Source of the DNA: the human T2T-CHM13v2.0 reference genome, Homo sapiens
Length of the DNA: 64,000 nt
Reading direction: 5' to 3' (one strand)
NCBI RefSeq assembly: GCF_009914755.1
Contig: NC_060934.1
How positions within the stretch are numbered: position 1 is the first letter of the stretch; each line of letters starts with the position of its first letter. This document shows positions 52,795 to 64,000 of this stretch, piece after piece. Under the pieces are notes generated by a model that was not told where the DNA came from, made no database searches, and saw nothing but the letters and a program-made list of their open reading frames with translations. A program made the position numbers and the translations under genes.

Positions 52795-52990
52795 ACGTAG
52801 TGCTTCCTATTTACAAAGCACTTTTATTTCTCTCAATGAGAAAGGCAGACCTACTGCTATAAGCCCAGGGGGAACCCGGCATCCACAGAGGAGAAATGAC
52901 TCGTCCAAGGTGGCACAGTGGCAGTGAGAAAGAAGGGCAGGCACAGCTGCACCCCGTTTCTCCTGCCAGCTAAGTGCATGCCCCTTCATA
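52795..52990 (-). mobile_element. MIR
   Basis: TTTACAAAGCACTTT...AATGACTCGTCCAAGGTGGCACAG. Confidence 0.5.
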
Positions 52991-54309
52991 GCAACCTCTG
53001 GCATAGACAGAAGGAGAGATGAAGCAAGAAGTTCCCAGAATGAAGGCTGTTTCCCCTAAGAGGTGGGCGTCCTGCCACAAGAAATGGCTCATCGGGAAAC
53101 ACTGAGTGAAAACCCACATTCAGAGCAAGGCTTCCCAGTAACTGAGATCCAGCCTGAGGTTTCCAGGAGCTGAGCCTCAGATGGAATGAGGGCGGGCTCA
53201 GAGCTCAGCCAACCCTTTGAAACTGAGCCTGCGGGTGAAGTCAGGTCAATACATTCACAGGCGTTTCAGGCCCTATCGACGTCTGGGGTGGGAAACCCAC
53301 CCGAAAGCTGTTGAAATACAGGGGCCAGCACTGGTTCTGCAGAACAGTGGCTCTTTGAGTGGAAGGTGTTCGAGAATTAAGTTTCCCCAGTGTTCCCAGG
53401 GCTCAGACTTTAAGCCAAGGGGGGCTGGGGCCCCCAGTGCCTGATGGAGCCGCTGATAGGTCCCTGCTGGCTAAAAGTGATGACATTGGCAAGAAACTGA
53501 TCTTTCTGGGGAGCAGAAACTCAAGAGCACTCAAGTGCAGAACACAAGGCAAGTTGTGTTACCTGCCACAAAGCCCCAGCTTTCAGGACCAGGGGAGGGG
53601 TAGATGGGGACCACTTGGTATTGGGTATCAGGAGACCCAGACCAGACCCTGAAGGAGGAAACGGCTGAAGCGAGACCTCTTATCTTGTCTTGCCTCCTCC
53701 TTCGGCATATAATCGGAACGTGCTCAGGCCAGAGGCAAGAAAGCATGTAATCCACTACCTCCCTCTGTGTCATAGACAGGAAAATTGAGATCCTGTGGCA
53801 TCAGGAGCCTTGTTCTTGGGTAACAGAGTGTCAGACATGGGACTAGGAAGCAGGCCTCCAGATTCCCCGTCCACTGCTGGTCTGGACTTGGAAAACAAAC
53901 AAAACTCAAAGCCTCCAGCCCTTTGTCACCATGCAGCAGGCCACAGCCACAGCACACCTCCATCTGGCCTCCTCCATATATTTTTCGTGAGCCCACAGAG
54001 TGCTGTTCCCTGCTGTAAGCTGATGCTTGCACACAAATGTCTGGCCAAAGCAGTTTTTGTTTAAAAGCTAAGTCAGTTTGTGCAAAAGCACACCCTGCCT
54101 GGCATGGCTCCCTTAGCACATTCCCACTGCTAGTCAATGCCTGGTTGAATTGTGAAGACCAAGGACATGCAATGTAGGTGTCACCTGTGCACTACTGGAG
54201 ATAACCCCGGGGCGGGGCAGCTGCTGACCTGGGCTCCAGAATCTCAGGTGCAAAATGCAGCTTAGATCCAACAGGGCTGAGATAGACACAAAGAGATGCA
54301 ACCCTGAAG

Positions 54310-54638
54310 CATGGTGGTATTTTAACAAACATGCTGTACACTGGATGGCTTATAAATAGCAGAAATGTATTTCTCACAGTCCTGGAGCTAGAAGTCTGAG
54401 ATCAGCATGCTGCCATCATCAGATTATGGTGAGGGCCCTCTTCCTGGTTGCAGACAACCAACTTCTAGTCGTATCCTCACATGGGGTCCCTTTTATAAGG
54501 GCACTGATTTTATTCATGCAGGCTGCACCTTCATGACCAAATTACCGCCCAAAGGCCCTGCCTCCTAATCCCATTACACTGAGTGGTAAGGTTTCAACAT
54601 ATGAATTTTGGAAAGACACCAGCATTCAGTCCATAACA
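54310..54638 (-). mobile_element. MLT1A-type MaLR LTR
   Basis: GAAATGTATTTCTCACAGT...GGTGAGGGCCCTCTTCCTGG...TTTCAACATATGAATTTTGG...CAGTCCATAACA. Confidence 0.85.
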
Positions 54639-54725
54639 GGTGGTCCACAGGTAGGCTTGAGTGGGCTAAGGGTTGGCAGGAAGCTGCTGGAATTGCAGGG
54701 AAGACTTCACCCATATTCATGCCTG

Positions 54726-54772
54726 GGCATTTGTCTAGGAAGGGTGTCCCTGGCATTTGTCTAGGAAGGGTG
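54726..54772. repeat. Two-copy tandem repeat, period 26
   Basis: GGCATTTGTCTAGGAAGGGTG at 54726-54746 and 54752-54772. Confidence 0.9.
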
Positions 54773-56284
54773 CCGTCTCTGCATCCTCCTTAGGTGTCTC
54801 ACAGTGACCTGGTCCCACATAGCCCAGTCTGAGCTCAAATATCCTCTTCTGACTTCAAAAACGTAAGTGTTAAGAGTTTCTGTCATGCCTAGGTGACCTT
54901 GGCTGCTAAAAACTCAGTATCATTGTTTTCTAGGAACTCTGTACTTTCCATAGGATGTCATTCTGTTTTGTGCTACAGCAATGGAGATGAAGAGCTGCAG
55001 TGGAAGCGTGAGGGCAGGGGTTACAGAAAAGAGGTATAAATTCTCTTGGCTTTTTTTTTTTTTTTTAAAAGCTTTTCTTATTGAAGTGCAACCTGAAAAA
55101 CAAGCCCCCATTGGAGAGTGCCATGACACTTCCTGTGTAACGCACTCAAACGTCCCTTGGCAACTGGGAGCTGGGGAACCTGATAAGGTACAAGCTACAG
55201 ATATGCCTGGGAGTTTGTAGGAGTAGCAACATTTTGTCCTCACTCCAAGTCTCAGTCAAGAAAGGACTTAGAATTTTAAAATAAAATAATGATTAGATTG
55301 GAATCATTGAATACCAGATCTAAGAAAAAACCTCAGTTTTCTCCATATGAAATGAGACTTTAGGACTTGCCCACAGAGGTGATGTGGAAACCCAATCCTT
55401 TTGACTCCAAGTCAAATGCCTACAAAGCCTCCCTGAGAATTGGGCCTTGAGAATTGTAACTATTCATATTCTTGTTGGGATAATCACTCTTTGGCAATGG
55501 CATCATGGAATCAATCTCATAAATGAAATATTAAAACTTCCCATTTTCTTGGCTAGATTTTGTTGTTATTTCACCAGAGGAGAGCCCCAAATGCAACCTC
55601 TTTGTATAAACGTCTTTCCCAGGGACCAGGGTAAAGGTATTTTTTTCTAAAGCACTTGGCTGCAAAGCACCTTAGAGGCATAGAGAATCAGTACTTTGGA
55701 ATACCTGAAAGACCACCTAGGCAAGTCTTTCCATTTTGTTGCAGGGCTTTCTGAGGCCCAGAGAAGAAAAGCAGCTCAAACAGATCAACTGTATCCATCC
55801 AATTGTCCCTTTCAGAAAGTTGAAATAAGGGGGAAAAAGAGAAGTTTCTAGCTATGATGGGCACTGGGGTTTGAAGTTCACACAGCCTTGGGGAGCTGGG
55901 TGGCAGTTATTTTATTTTATCTTTAATTTTTTTGCGAGGATGAATAACCTGATAAGTAAGTCGGTCCTCAGAGGGTGGGGAGTGGAGCAAGTGAGCAGAT
56001 GGCATTTCTTGCCCTGGCTTTCCTGCGATGCTTTAGACCCTGTTTTATTCAAGGGAACTAAGTTAGTTGATTGAAATCTAAAGGAGCCCCAACCAGAACA
56101 AGGGGATTCAGGTATGCACAGGAGCTGGAGTGTACGACCTCTGAGAACCCTTTAATCAGAGCAGCTCTGATCTCAGGAGTCTTAGGTTTCAGGGCCAATT
56201 GCAGTTAGTGAGACCCACGCTAAGACAACTTATGCCAATTCCACTGGAGTTAAAGGTGGCCTCTGGGAAAGGGTCTTTTGAGCT

Positions 56285-56447
56285 CCTTGCTGTGCATAAG
56301 ATGGTCCATAGACCAGCAGCATTGGCATCAGCTGGGAGCTTGCTAGAGATGTAGAACCTCAGCCCTACCCAGACCCTCTGAATCAGAATCTGCATTTTTG
56401 CAAGCTCCCCGGTAATTCCTATGCGCATTAAATTTAAGAAATGCTGG
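56285..56447. mobile_element. MER5A1 MITE
   Basis: GACCAGCAGCATTGGCATCAGCTGGGAGCTTG...TGAATCAGAATCTGCATTTT. Confidence 0.82.
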
Positions 56448-57239
56448 TTAGGAAATAGCATTTTTTGGACAATAAAAAAAAAGATGGAGTGGAGCCATGA
56501 GGAGCTGGTGGTAATACCACCTCACCTCCAGAACAAACTCTCCACTTGGCCTTGGGAAAACCGTGGCCATACTCAGAATGGCTGCTTTCTCATCTGAAAA
56601 TGAGGGGGTTGGACTGGATAATCTTTATTCTCTACCCTCACAGGCATTTCTCCTATGAGCTGAAAGGGGGTAGTCCTGCTCAGCTGAAGATCAGAGAGCT
56701 TCTTGCTGTGTAAAACACTCCCTAATCAGCCTTATGTCAAGTCCCCCGCCCCCCGACTAACCACAGTGACAAGTCTCAAGAGTGCACCTTGTCAGGCTGT
56801 GAATAAAGTTCAGGCAGTTTGGTTAATTACCCTGACACCGACTAGAGTTAGCTACCCAGCAGCTCAGGAACTCGTCTTAATGATTATAGGAACACACACA
56901 CCGCAGCTTCGGGCACAACCTCCCCCTTTGCAGCCTACAGCCTGGTTTTGGAACCACAAGTTCAAGCAGAACATTCCCAAGGGCATCAGGGGTCTAGGGA
57001 GGCATCAGGAGGTCCCCCTTTCCCATTCCAACATGGGTGTGAAGTCATTTTCCCAATGTGCCATAGTGAAGCCTGGTAAGCATAATAGCCATCTCAGTTT
57101 CTCTCTCATGCCCCTGCTTGGAACCTGCCTGTGGTGCTCCACTGCTGTCAAGAAAAAGCCATGCAGGATGTGCCCCTCCTAATTCTCCACCCACATCTCC
57201 ATTAATCCCTACCTCAAACCTTCTGCCCTGGCCCCAGAG

Positions 57240-57640
57240 GGCTACTCTTGGGTCTCCACATGAGCCATGTGCTTTCTTCTGTTGCACATGTTGCTTCTGC
57301 TCAAAGCACCCTTCTCTGCTCTTGACCATGATCCTTACCCATCTTTCAGATTTTAATATCTATATCACTTCCCCCAGGAAGTTTTCATGACCCTCATGAC
57401 CAGGTTGAGTGCCTATCTTTCCATAGAGTCCTATGCTACATCATTCATACCAGATATCACATTGCATTTTAAGACAGCTTCCTCCAGCAGTAGTGAGCTG
57501 TGGGCTGGCAGTGTTCATACCCGACTTACGTAACATCTAAGCCTCATGAAGACAGGGATTGTTTTTTGTGTCATTGACAACTGTATCCAGAGTGCTCAGT
57601 ACATTGCCTGGGACATATAAGATGCTCAGTAAATGCCTAA
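57240..57640 (+). mobile_element. L2 with 3' end
   Basis: CACTTCCCCCAGGAAG...TGCCTGGGACATATAAGATGCTCAGTAAAT. Confidence 0.65.
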
Positions 57641-57867
57641 GGAAGGGAGGAGGGAAGAAAGGAAGGAGGAATGGATGGAAAGAGGAAGGGAAGGAAGAAA
57701 GAAAGAAAGGAAGGAAAGGAAAAAATGAAGGATGGGAAGAAAGGAAGCAAGGAGGGAACAAAAGAAGGAAGGAGGAAAGAAAGGCAGGAGAAAAAAAAGA
57801 GAGAGAGGAAGGGAGGGAAGGAAGGGAAGGAAAGAGGAAAGGAAGAAAGGAAGGAGGAAGGGGAGGA
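57640..57867. repeat. GGAA/GA-rich polypurine tract
   Basis: ~230 bp almost purely A/G, following the L2 tail. Confidence 0.9.
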
Positions 57868-58804
57868 ACGCTTATGCTTAGCATGCCTCGTGTACAATGA
57901 GTACTCGATAGTTGGTTTGGGAGTGACTGCATGCATGAATGGAGGCCTTTCTGCTTCTGGCATAAAGTCTGGAGAGTGAGAGCTCATTAGGAGGGATTGC
58001 TTGACAGGCTGAGGCAGAAAAGTGTTCACAAGGCCCATCAGCTCTGCAGAGGTCTGACACCAGGTGAGGAGATAAGACTTGTCCCCTGACTGTGGGACAT
58101 GGGATGAGAGGTACAGAATGGGGACTTCCATGAGAGGGTGCCTTTGAGTGAATTACCAGGGAGAAGTGTGAGGACCCCTGTCCCTCTACCCAGAGCACAC
58201 ATCACCCCTCTCCTGTGGGCTGTCTGTCTGAAGATCTAGAAGGCCAGTTCCAGGTCTAGGCTTTCATCTGGACTGAGAGGTAGAAGGGAAGAAGGAGTTT
58301 CTCTAGGCAGGGTCTTCAGAGAGGAGAACACTTTCTCAGTTCCCATAACCAGTAAACGGCAGAGCTGAGATTGGAAGCCACCTCCAAATGGGCCTCAAGC
58401 CCACGGCTCTTTCTAAGCACGATGCTGTGTAACAAGCTTGGGAGTTTTATATTTTTAAAGCAAAGCCCATTTAAAAATATCTATTTCTTTACATGTGGTG
58501 GCAGCAGTGGGATAATAGTCAAATGTCAATAAGTAGAAATCGGGGGAAAAGAATTGGAGCATTTCTGGAAGACCTTCCTCTTTCTCTAAGCCATTTTGGT
58601 TCCAGTTTCTCAGCTATTTCCTCAGGGTCAGGGGTTGGAGAGGAAGGTTTATATTTTTTTAATTTCGTTAAAGGATGGAAAGAGGAAGAGAAATGTTCCC
58701 TCCTTCCCTCCCTCCGTTTCTTCTTTTTTCTTCTCTAACAACCCATTACCCTACCCAGGTAGCATCCCAAGGAGCTGTGCTGGAAGGAGCTCTTTTCTCC
58801 TGTG

Positions 58805-59040
58805 ACCAGTGGCACAGAACAGAGCAGGTGGGATAGGGTGAAAGTTGAGCATGCAGGTTTGGACGTCAGACACACCTGGGCTTAAAGCCAGCGTTACCAT
58901 TTATGAGCCATTTGATCTCTGCCAAGTAGCTTCACGTCTCTGAGTCTTCATTTTCTCATCTGTGCATTGGTAACAATAATAGCATTAATCACCTGGGGAT
59001 TTTATGAAATAGTGAGATAAATACAAGCAAGGTATTTAGT
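58805..59040 (+). mobile_element. MIR
   Basis: GTCAGACACACCTGGG...TCTCTGAGTCTTCATTTTCTCATCTGT. Confidence 0.75.
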
Positions 59041-59385
59041 ATGGAATCACAATCCCTAGCCACCACTCCAAAATTAGAATGTTCTAAAACCTTAAGGCAT
59101 TTAAAATAACTCATTTGGCAGTAAAATCTGACATCATGTAAACTCACTTGGCAACAAAATCTGACCTGAACTGATGTAAACTATTTGGAGTTCTTATTGT
59201 GACTACTCATATGTTTTGCTGTAGAAATATTGATGTGTTTGATTATAGGGTGATACCTCAGTACTTCCTGGGGAGTTAGGTAACATGAGCTGTATGTACC
59301 ATATCACCTTTCTAAAATCTAGAGTGATTTGAGTTTCAAACTACAGATGGTTCCAAAGATTTTATACAAGGGGTGTGGACCTGTA
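59040..59385. mobile_element. MER46C-like Tigger (Tc1/mariner) MITE
   Basis: CACAATCCC start; AAAATCTGACCTGAACTGA; end AAGGGGTGTGGACCTGTA. Confidence 0.6.
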
Positions 59386-59699
59386 GAATACCTGGCCATG
59401 GTGACTGCTCAGGATTTAAGAGCCACCATCCCTTCTGTTTCTGGGATCTAACAATCCAAGGTACAGGGGTGTGAACCTGAGCTTTTTAGGCGTGATCAGA
59501 GAGCTGCTTACATAAAGCTTGTGCTAGACACAAGGTATCTAGACACCTGGACACAGGTGTTTGTTAATCCAGATGCTCGGACTCAACCTTCCCCCATTGA
59601 ACTAACTTCTCTGGCAGCTGGAACCCAGCACTTTGAACGTGCTCCCCAGGTGACTCGGAGATCTCCTTCTACAGCCTATTATGAAAGTTCAGAGCACGA

Positions 59700-59920
59700 T
59701 GACTACTAGCAGCCAATACTAACTGAGGAATTTCTCCTGTCCAGGGACTGTTCTAGGATATAACATTAGTCAATCCTCACAAGTTCAGTGAAACATTTTT
59801 CTCCATTTTTCAGATAAGAGACTGGAGACACAGAGAGGCTCCAGAACTTACCCAAGGTCACACAGCTTCTAAATGGGTGTTGTCGGAACCTACTTTCAGA
59901 GACCTGATTCCAAAACCCTC
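59700..59920 (-). mobile_element. MIR
   Basis: CCATTTTTCAGATAAGAG...ACTTACCCAAGGTCACACAGC. Confidence 0.72.
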
Positions 59921-62559
59921 ACTGATACTTTCCGTGAGTCCAGATGAAGAGAGGGCTTCAAGGAAAATCCATTCAGTGCCAGGATGCTACCAGCTCCCTG
60001 GGGCATGGGACTGCCATCCTCTCCTAGGCGTCTGTCCTGATACTTCCAATGTAAATGTGGAAAAACTCAAGTTTCATAAGTTTTGCTCATGTGCTCTGCC
60101 TTGGAGAGGGTGGGAAGTAGAACAGACACTGGCCTCATGTTTTGCTGTTGGTTACCTCTCAGGCATGTGATCCTTGTACCGGAGGTTTCACATCACGTAG
60201 CCCCTGCACAGCTGATCTGTGAATGGGAAATTGGGTTGGGCCATCACCAGGTCCCCTTCCAGTTAAATATTTGTCCCAAGTCCCAGATGATTTGATATGA
60301 GAGCCCCATGCCTAATGCTGTTTGTGGATTCATTGAATCAATTATTGTTTCGTTCATTCAATTCATTCAACAAATAGCTTCTCTGTGTCTACTACTATTT
60401 GCACTCAATTCTCAGAGAAGTAAATGTCTAAAGTACCCACTTAATAACTTAAAAGCTGATTTTACCAATTTCATTTCACTGTAAGGCCTCCCAAAGGATT
60501 AACATGTTAGTGTGCACCCCCTCTCGCACCAGCACACTTGCCCACAAAACCGCCTCCCATTGTTTGAAGGGAAACCTACAAGTGGATCCCTGCCCCCACC
60601 CCCACAGCACTTTCTAATTCAAATCATCTGCCATTCACTGGCTTTCTGCCCTGGGGCAAATCCTCCACCTTCAGTCCTACTTTGATCCTCTAGCCCAGGC
60701 CGCTTTCATTTCACAGTTGAAGTAACAAAGGTTAAAACAGATGACAACTATTTCTAGAGAGCTGGGTTTTTTGCCCCCTCAACTACGCACCGTGGTGAGG
60801 CGCCGAGGAGGCCACATCACAAGGCTGGAGAACCCTGGGAGCTTGGTAGTGTTGGTGAGCGAGGGTTTGTTCTTCTCTAGCCCACTATCCTAAAGGCTGA
60901 CTTCCCTCCAAGGACTGAACCTCGAAATTTACAATGCAGGGCCCCAGGGGCTGCGGTGGGGAAGGGCCTTTCACTATTGCTGGCAGCTCCTAGGGCATTT
61001 TCCTGGACTTTGGGGGCAGATTACTATGAAACTCCTATCTCATCCTGCAGGTTGGGAAACTAAAGGGAAGTTCTTTGTCCAGGGTCAGAGCATGTGCATG
61101 GGCAGGAGGGAAGGTGGGGGAAGCAGGGAGTCAGTAAAGGAAAAACAAACCAAAACCCAACAAAACAGAGCCCAGTGCAGTGTTCCTCCTGGGGGTAGCC
61201 CTTTGATGCATCCCTGGTACCTAAGAAGCTGGCTCCAGCCAGGCCTCACCTATTAGCCTCAGGGACCATTCTCCCCAGACAAGGTCTCTGTTCACTGGGC
61301 CATGCCATTTTCTTCTCATCCCCCTACCACAACTCCACATACTTCCTTAGCATTGTCTTTTCCTGAATTACCAAACACAGCAGCCTGAGCTTCACCGGGG
61401 AGCTGGGAGCTGGGGACATGTTCCTGGGAGTCTCTAGATGGATGGCTTTGAGTTTTTCCAGCAGAAGAGGAGCAGCCAAACCCAGATGTGAGGGCCCTCC
61501 CCCTCCAAGTTCAGCCTGCCCTGGTGGCTTCCTTCCCAGAGTCAGGTCTTCTAAGGAGTGCTTAGCAAGTATGTCAGCTTCCAGACCAAGGCCTGCTGTT
61601 CTTGGCTCCGGGAGATGTTTTTCAGCACAGAATGCTTGCTGTAGACTGCTCTGCAGGGGTGGGGGTGGGAGGGTGAGGGCAGACCTCTCTACTGATCAGA
61701 ATTCAGAGTATGACTCCTCCAATCTGTCCCCTTGGTGACTTTACATGTTCTCAGGACAGCTTTCAGAAAGCCTCCTGCCTGCTACTTGCACTTGGGGATG
61801 TAGGGGGAGGGGTCAGCAGTCGTGCAGGGACTATATGTGGAATTTGTTGAGATCAGGCAGAAGGAAGTGAAGACACCCTCTTCTGATTTGTGACATGTGA
61901 GAACATTCTCCTGACAGAAGCAGCTCCCGGTAATAGTAACAGCTTCCGGGCCCTCGACAGGCTGCAGCCCATCACCTTCAGCGTCCTGCCAAGCTCAGCA
62001 GCAGCGTGGCAGGAGGGGGCAGAGAGCTGGAGGCAGCGTCTGCCTGGGGATGGGGGCTAGAGGTAGACACCGGGAGAGGCAGATCTAGAGGGAGACTGAG
62101 AGAACAGAGACAGGGGCATGAGAGAGACAAACGGAAATTGAGGCAAGAAGAGATCAGATCAGGGAGATACAGGCGCCTGGGAAGGCAGAGAGTAGGAAGC
62201 AGAAATAGTGCTAAAGATGGAGACAAGTGGAGAAGGAACTGCAGAGATTCGGCCCTGGGCTGGCTACCACCCCCATACTCCCTGAAGGCCTCCCTGAATC
62301 CTGCAGACATACTCCCTGCTTGGAAGCCTAGCAGCTGGCCCAGCTAGGAAGAAAGGTAAGAAGGTGCCTCAGGCCAACCCACCAGCAACAAAAATGTCTG
62401 GACCTCTGGGGCTTACGGAGGGGTTCAGGACCTAGGATTCCTAGGTGTGCAGCTCTGTAGGAAACAGCTTTCTCCCTGATGTCAAGATTTGGGAACTTGG
62501 AGTGGTGCTATTTCTCTCAAAAATAATATCTTTTTAAAAACAAAATGTTGCTTTCTCCC

Positions 62560-63020
62560 ATTTAAAAATAACCTTTTCCCACCCCTGCTACCTCATTACA
62601 AAAGAAAACAATGCAAGCTCATCATGGAGAACATGGAAAATATGAAAAGATACAGGAAAAAAATAAAACATGAATTGTAATCACATCACCTAATGATAGC
62701 CACTGCTAGGAATTTGATGGTTTTCCTTTCAGTCTTTTATCAATGCATAGAGCTATATAATTAGCAGTAATATGTCATAAGCATTTTACTAAATATTATT
62801 TGACACTACCACTTTTATTAGTGTATATATTCTAATATGTGGACAAGGCTTTCTTTATTGAGGTAATCTATGGTTGAATATTTAGGTTGCATGTAACTTT
62901 GCTACTATGAACAATGCTTTAATAAATATCTTTCTGCCTACATCTGCCTGAGTTTCTGAATATTTCTTCAGAATATATTTAAAGGAGATTTACCGTGTCA
63001 AAACTATGAACATTTTTAGA
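62560..63020 (-). mobile_element. Ancient L1 (L1ME/L1MC4-like) 3' fragment
   Basis: TGAATATTTAGGTTG...TGCTACTATGAACAATGCT...AAATATCTTT. Confidence 0.55.
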
Positions 63021-63023
63021 GCA

Positions 63024-63072
63024 TACATACACACACATATGAATACACACACACACACACACATACACACAC
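63024..63072. repeat. (CA)n microsatellite
   Basis: Interrupted CA run left of the LTR. Confidence 0.85.
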
Positions 63073-63470
63073 TGATATGGTTTGGATCTAAGTCTCCACC
63101 CAAATCTCATGTCAAATTGTAATCCCCAGTGTTTGAGGTGGGACCCGGTGGGAGGTAATTGGATTATGAGGCAGATTTCCCCTTTGGTACTATCCTCAAG
63201 ATAGTGAGTGAGTTCTTGTGAGATCTGGTTGTTTTAAAGTGTGTGGCACCTTCTTCCTTTCTCATTTCCTCCTGCTTGGGCCATGTAAGACGTGCCTGCT
63301 TCCCCTTCCTTTTGCAACATGATTGTAAGTTTCCTGAGGCCTCTCCAGAAGCTATTGGTGCTGTGCTTCCTGTACAGCCTGCAGAACCATGAATCAATCA
63401 AACCTTTTTTCTTTATAAATTTCCCAGTCTCAGGTATTTCTTTATAGCAATGTGAGAATGAACTAATACA
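63073..63470 (+). mobile_element. MSTA-type MaLR solo LTR
   Basis: TGATATGGTTTGGATC...CCCAAATCTCATG...TCAGGTATTTCTTTATAGCAATGTGAGAATGAACTAATACA; TSD CACAC. Confidence 0.92.
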
Positions 63471-63476
63471 CACACG

Positions 63477-63512
<36 letters not shown>

Positions 63513-63513
63513 T
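63469..63513. repeat. (CA)n microsatellite
   Basis: CA run right of the LTR. Confidence 0.88.
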
Positions 63514-63589
63514 CTTCAAATTGGCCCCCAGGAATAATGTACAATTAAACTTCTAGTGCAGTTTAGACCCAAGTGCTGATGACAGAGGA

Positions 63590-63760
63590 TTTGCTAGTTA
63601 ATGACAGTCCTCTGTAGCTTGTAAGGTAAGTTGAGATAGGTGGGAGGTAAGTATAATTATCTCCATTTTTTCAAAGGAAGAAACTGAGGCCCAGAGAGGT
63701 TTAGTGACTTGGCCAACACCTGAAATGGAACTAAGTGGTCTTCTCTACTGGTTTCCCCAT
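63590..63760 (-). mobile_element. MIR
   Basis: GAAGAAACTGAGGCCCAGAGAGGTTTAGTGACTTGGCCAA. Confidence 0.75.
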
Positions 63761-63825
63761 TCCAGTCATACCATCAGCACCCAGGGTCAGACCTTCACGG
63801 GCTCTAGCTTGGATTACCCCGGAAC

Positions 63826-64000
63826 CACCTTGCCATTGTGGTAGCCACTAGCCACATATGGCTATTTACATTTATATTTATTAAAATAAAACACAATTTA
63901 AAAAATTAGCTCCTCTGTCTCTTTGACCACATTTCAAATGCTTAAGAACTATAGATGGCTACCATGTTGGATAGTACAGATACGAAGCATTTCCATCATA
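63826..64000 (-). mobile_element. MER3 (hAT-Charlie), runs off the window
   Basis: GGTAGCCACTAGCCACATATGGCTATTT...CCACATTTCAAATGCT...CATTTCCATCAT. Confidence 0.82.

Noticed and set aside
57537-58131. Overlapping ORFs rich in K/E/G/R or F/L/P/S
   Set aside because: Artefacts of the polypurine tract.
60770-60830. Small CpG cluster with REST-like GCACCGTGGTGAGGCGCC
   Set aside because: Too short for a CpG island, and it lacks the GGACAG core of an RE1 site.

Overview
Primate (human-like) non-coding genomic DNA, largely tiled by ancient and primate-specific transposable elements. Bases 1 to ~11.8 kb are an AT-rich L1 block: a near full-length old L1M followed by a nested L1/Alu/THE1 stack. The remainder is more GC-rich DNA with MIR, L2, L3/CR1, MaLR LTRs, hAT/Tigger DNA transposons, Alus and unique intervals. 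I found no credible protein-coding gene, RNA gene, CpG island or CRISPR array. The only protein-like ORFs are L1 ORF1/ORF2 and Charlie transposase relics. The most notable structure is a ~200-bp-arm inverted duplication (37109-37781, ~95% identity over its L1 part) that copies an L1/Alu junction and lies just upstream of a candidate plus-strand non-coding exon. Several other locally templated duplications and complex junctions are also visible. I see no evidence for a new multi-gene system. Repeat subfamilies were assigned by eye from remembered consensus sequences, and boundaries of old repeats are approximate; confirm with RepeatMasker/Dfam.
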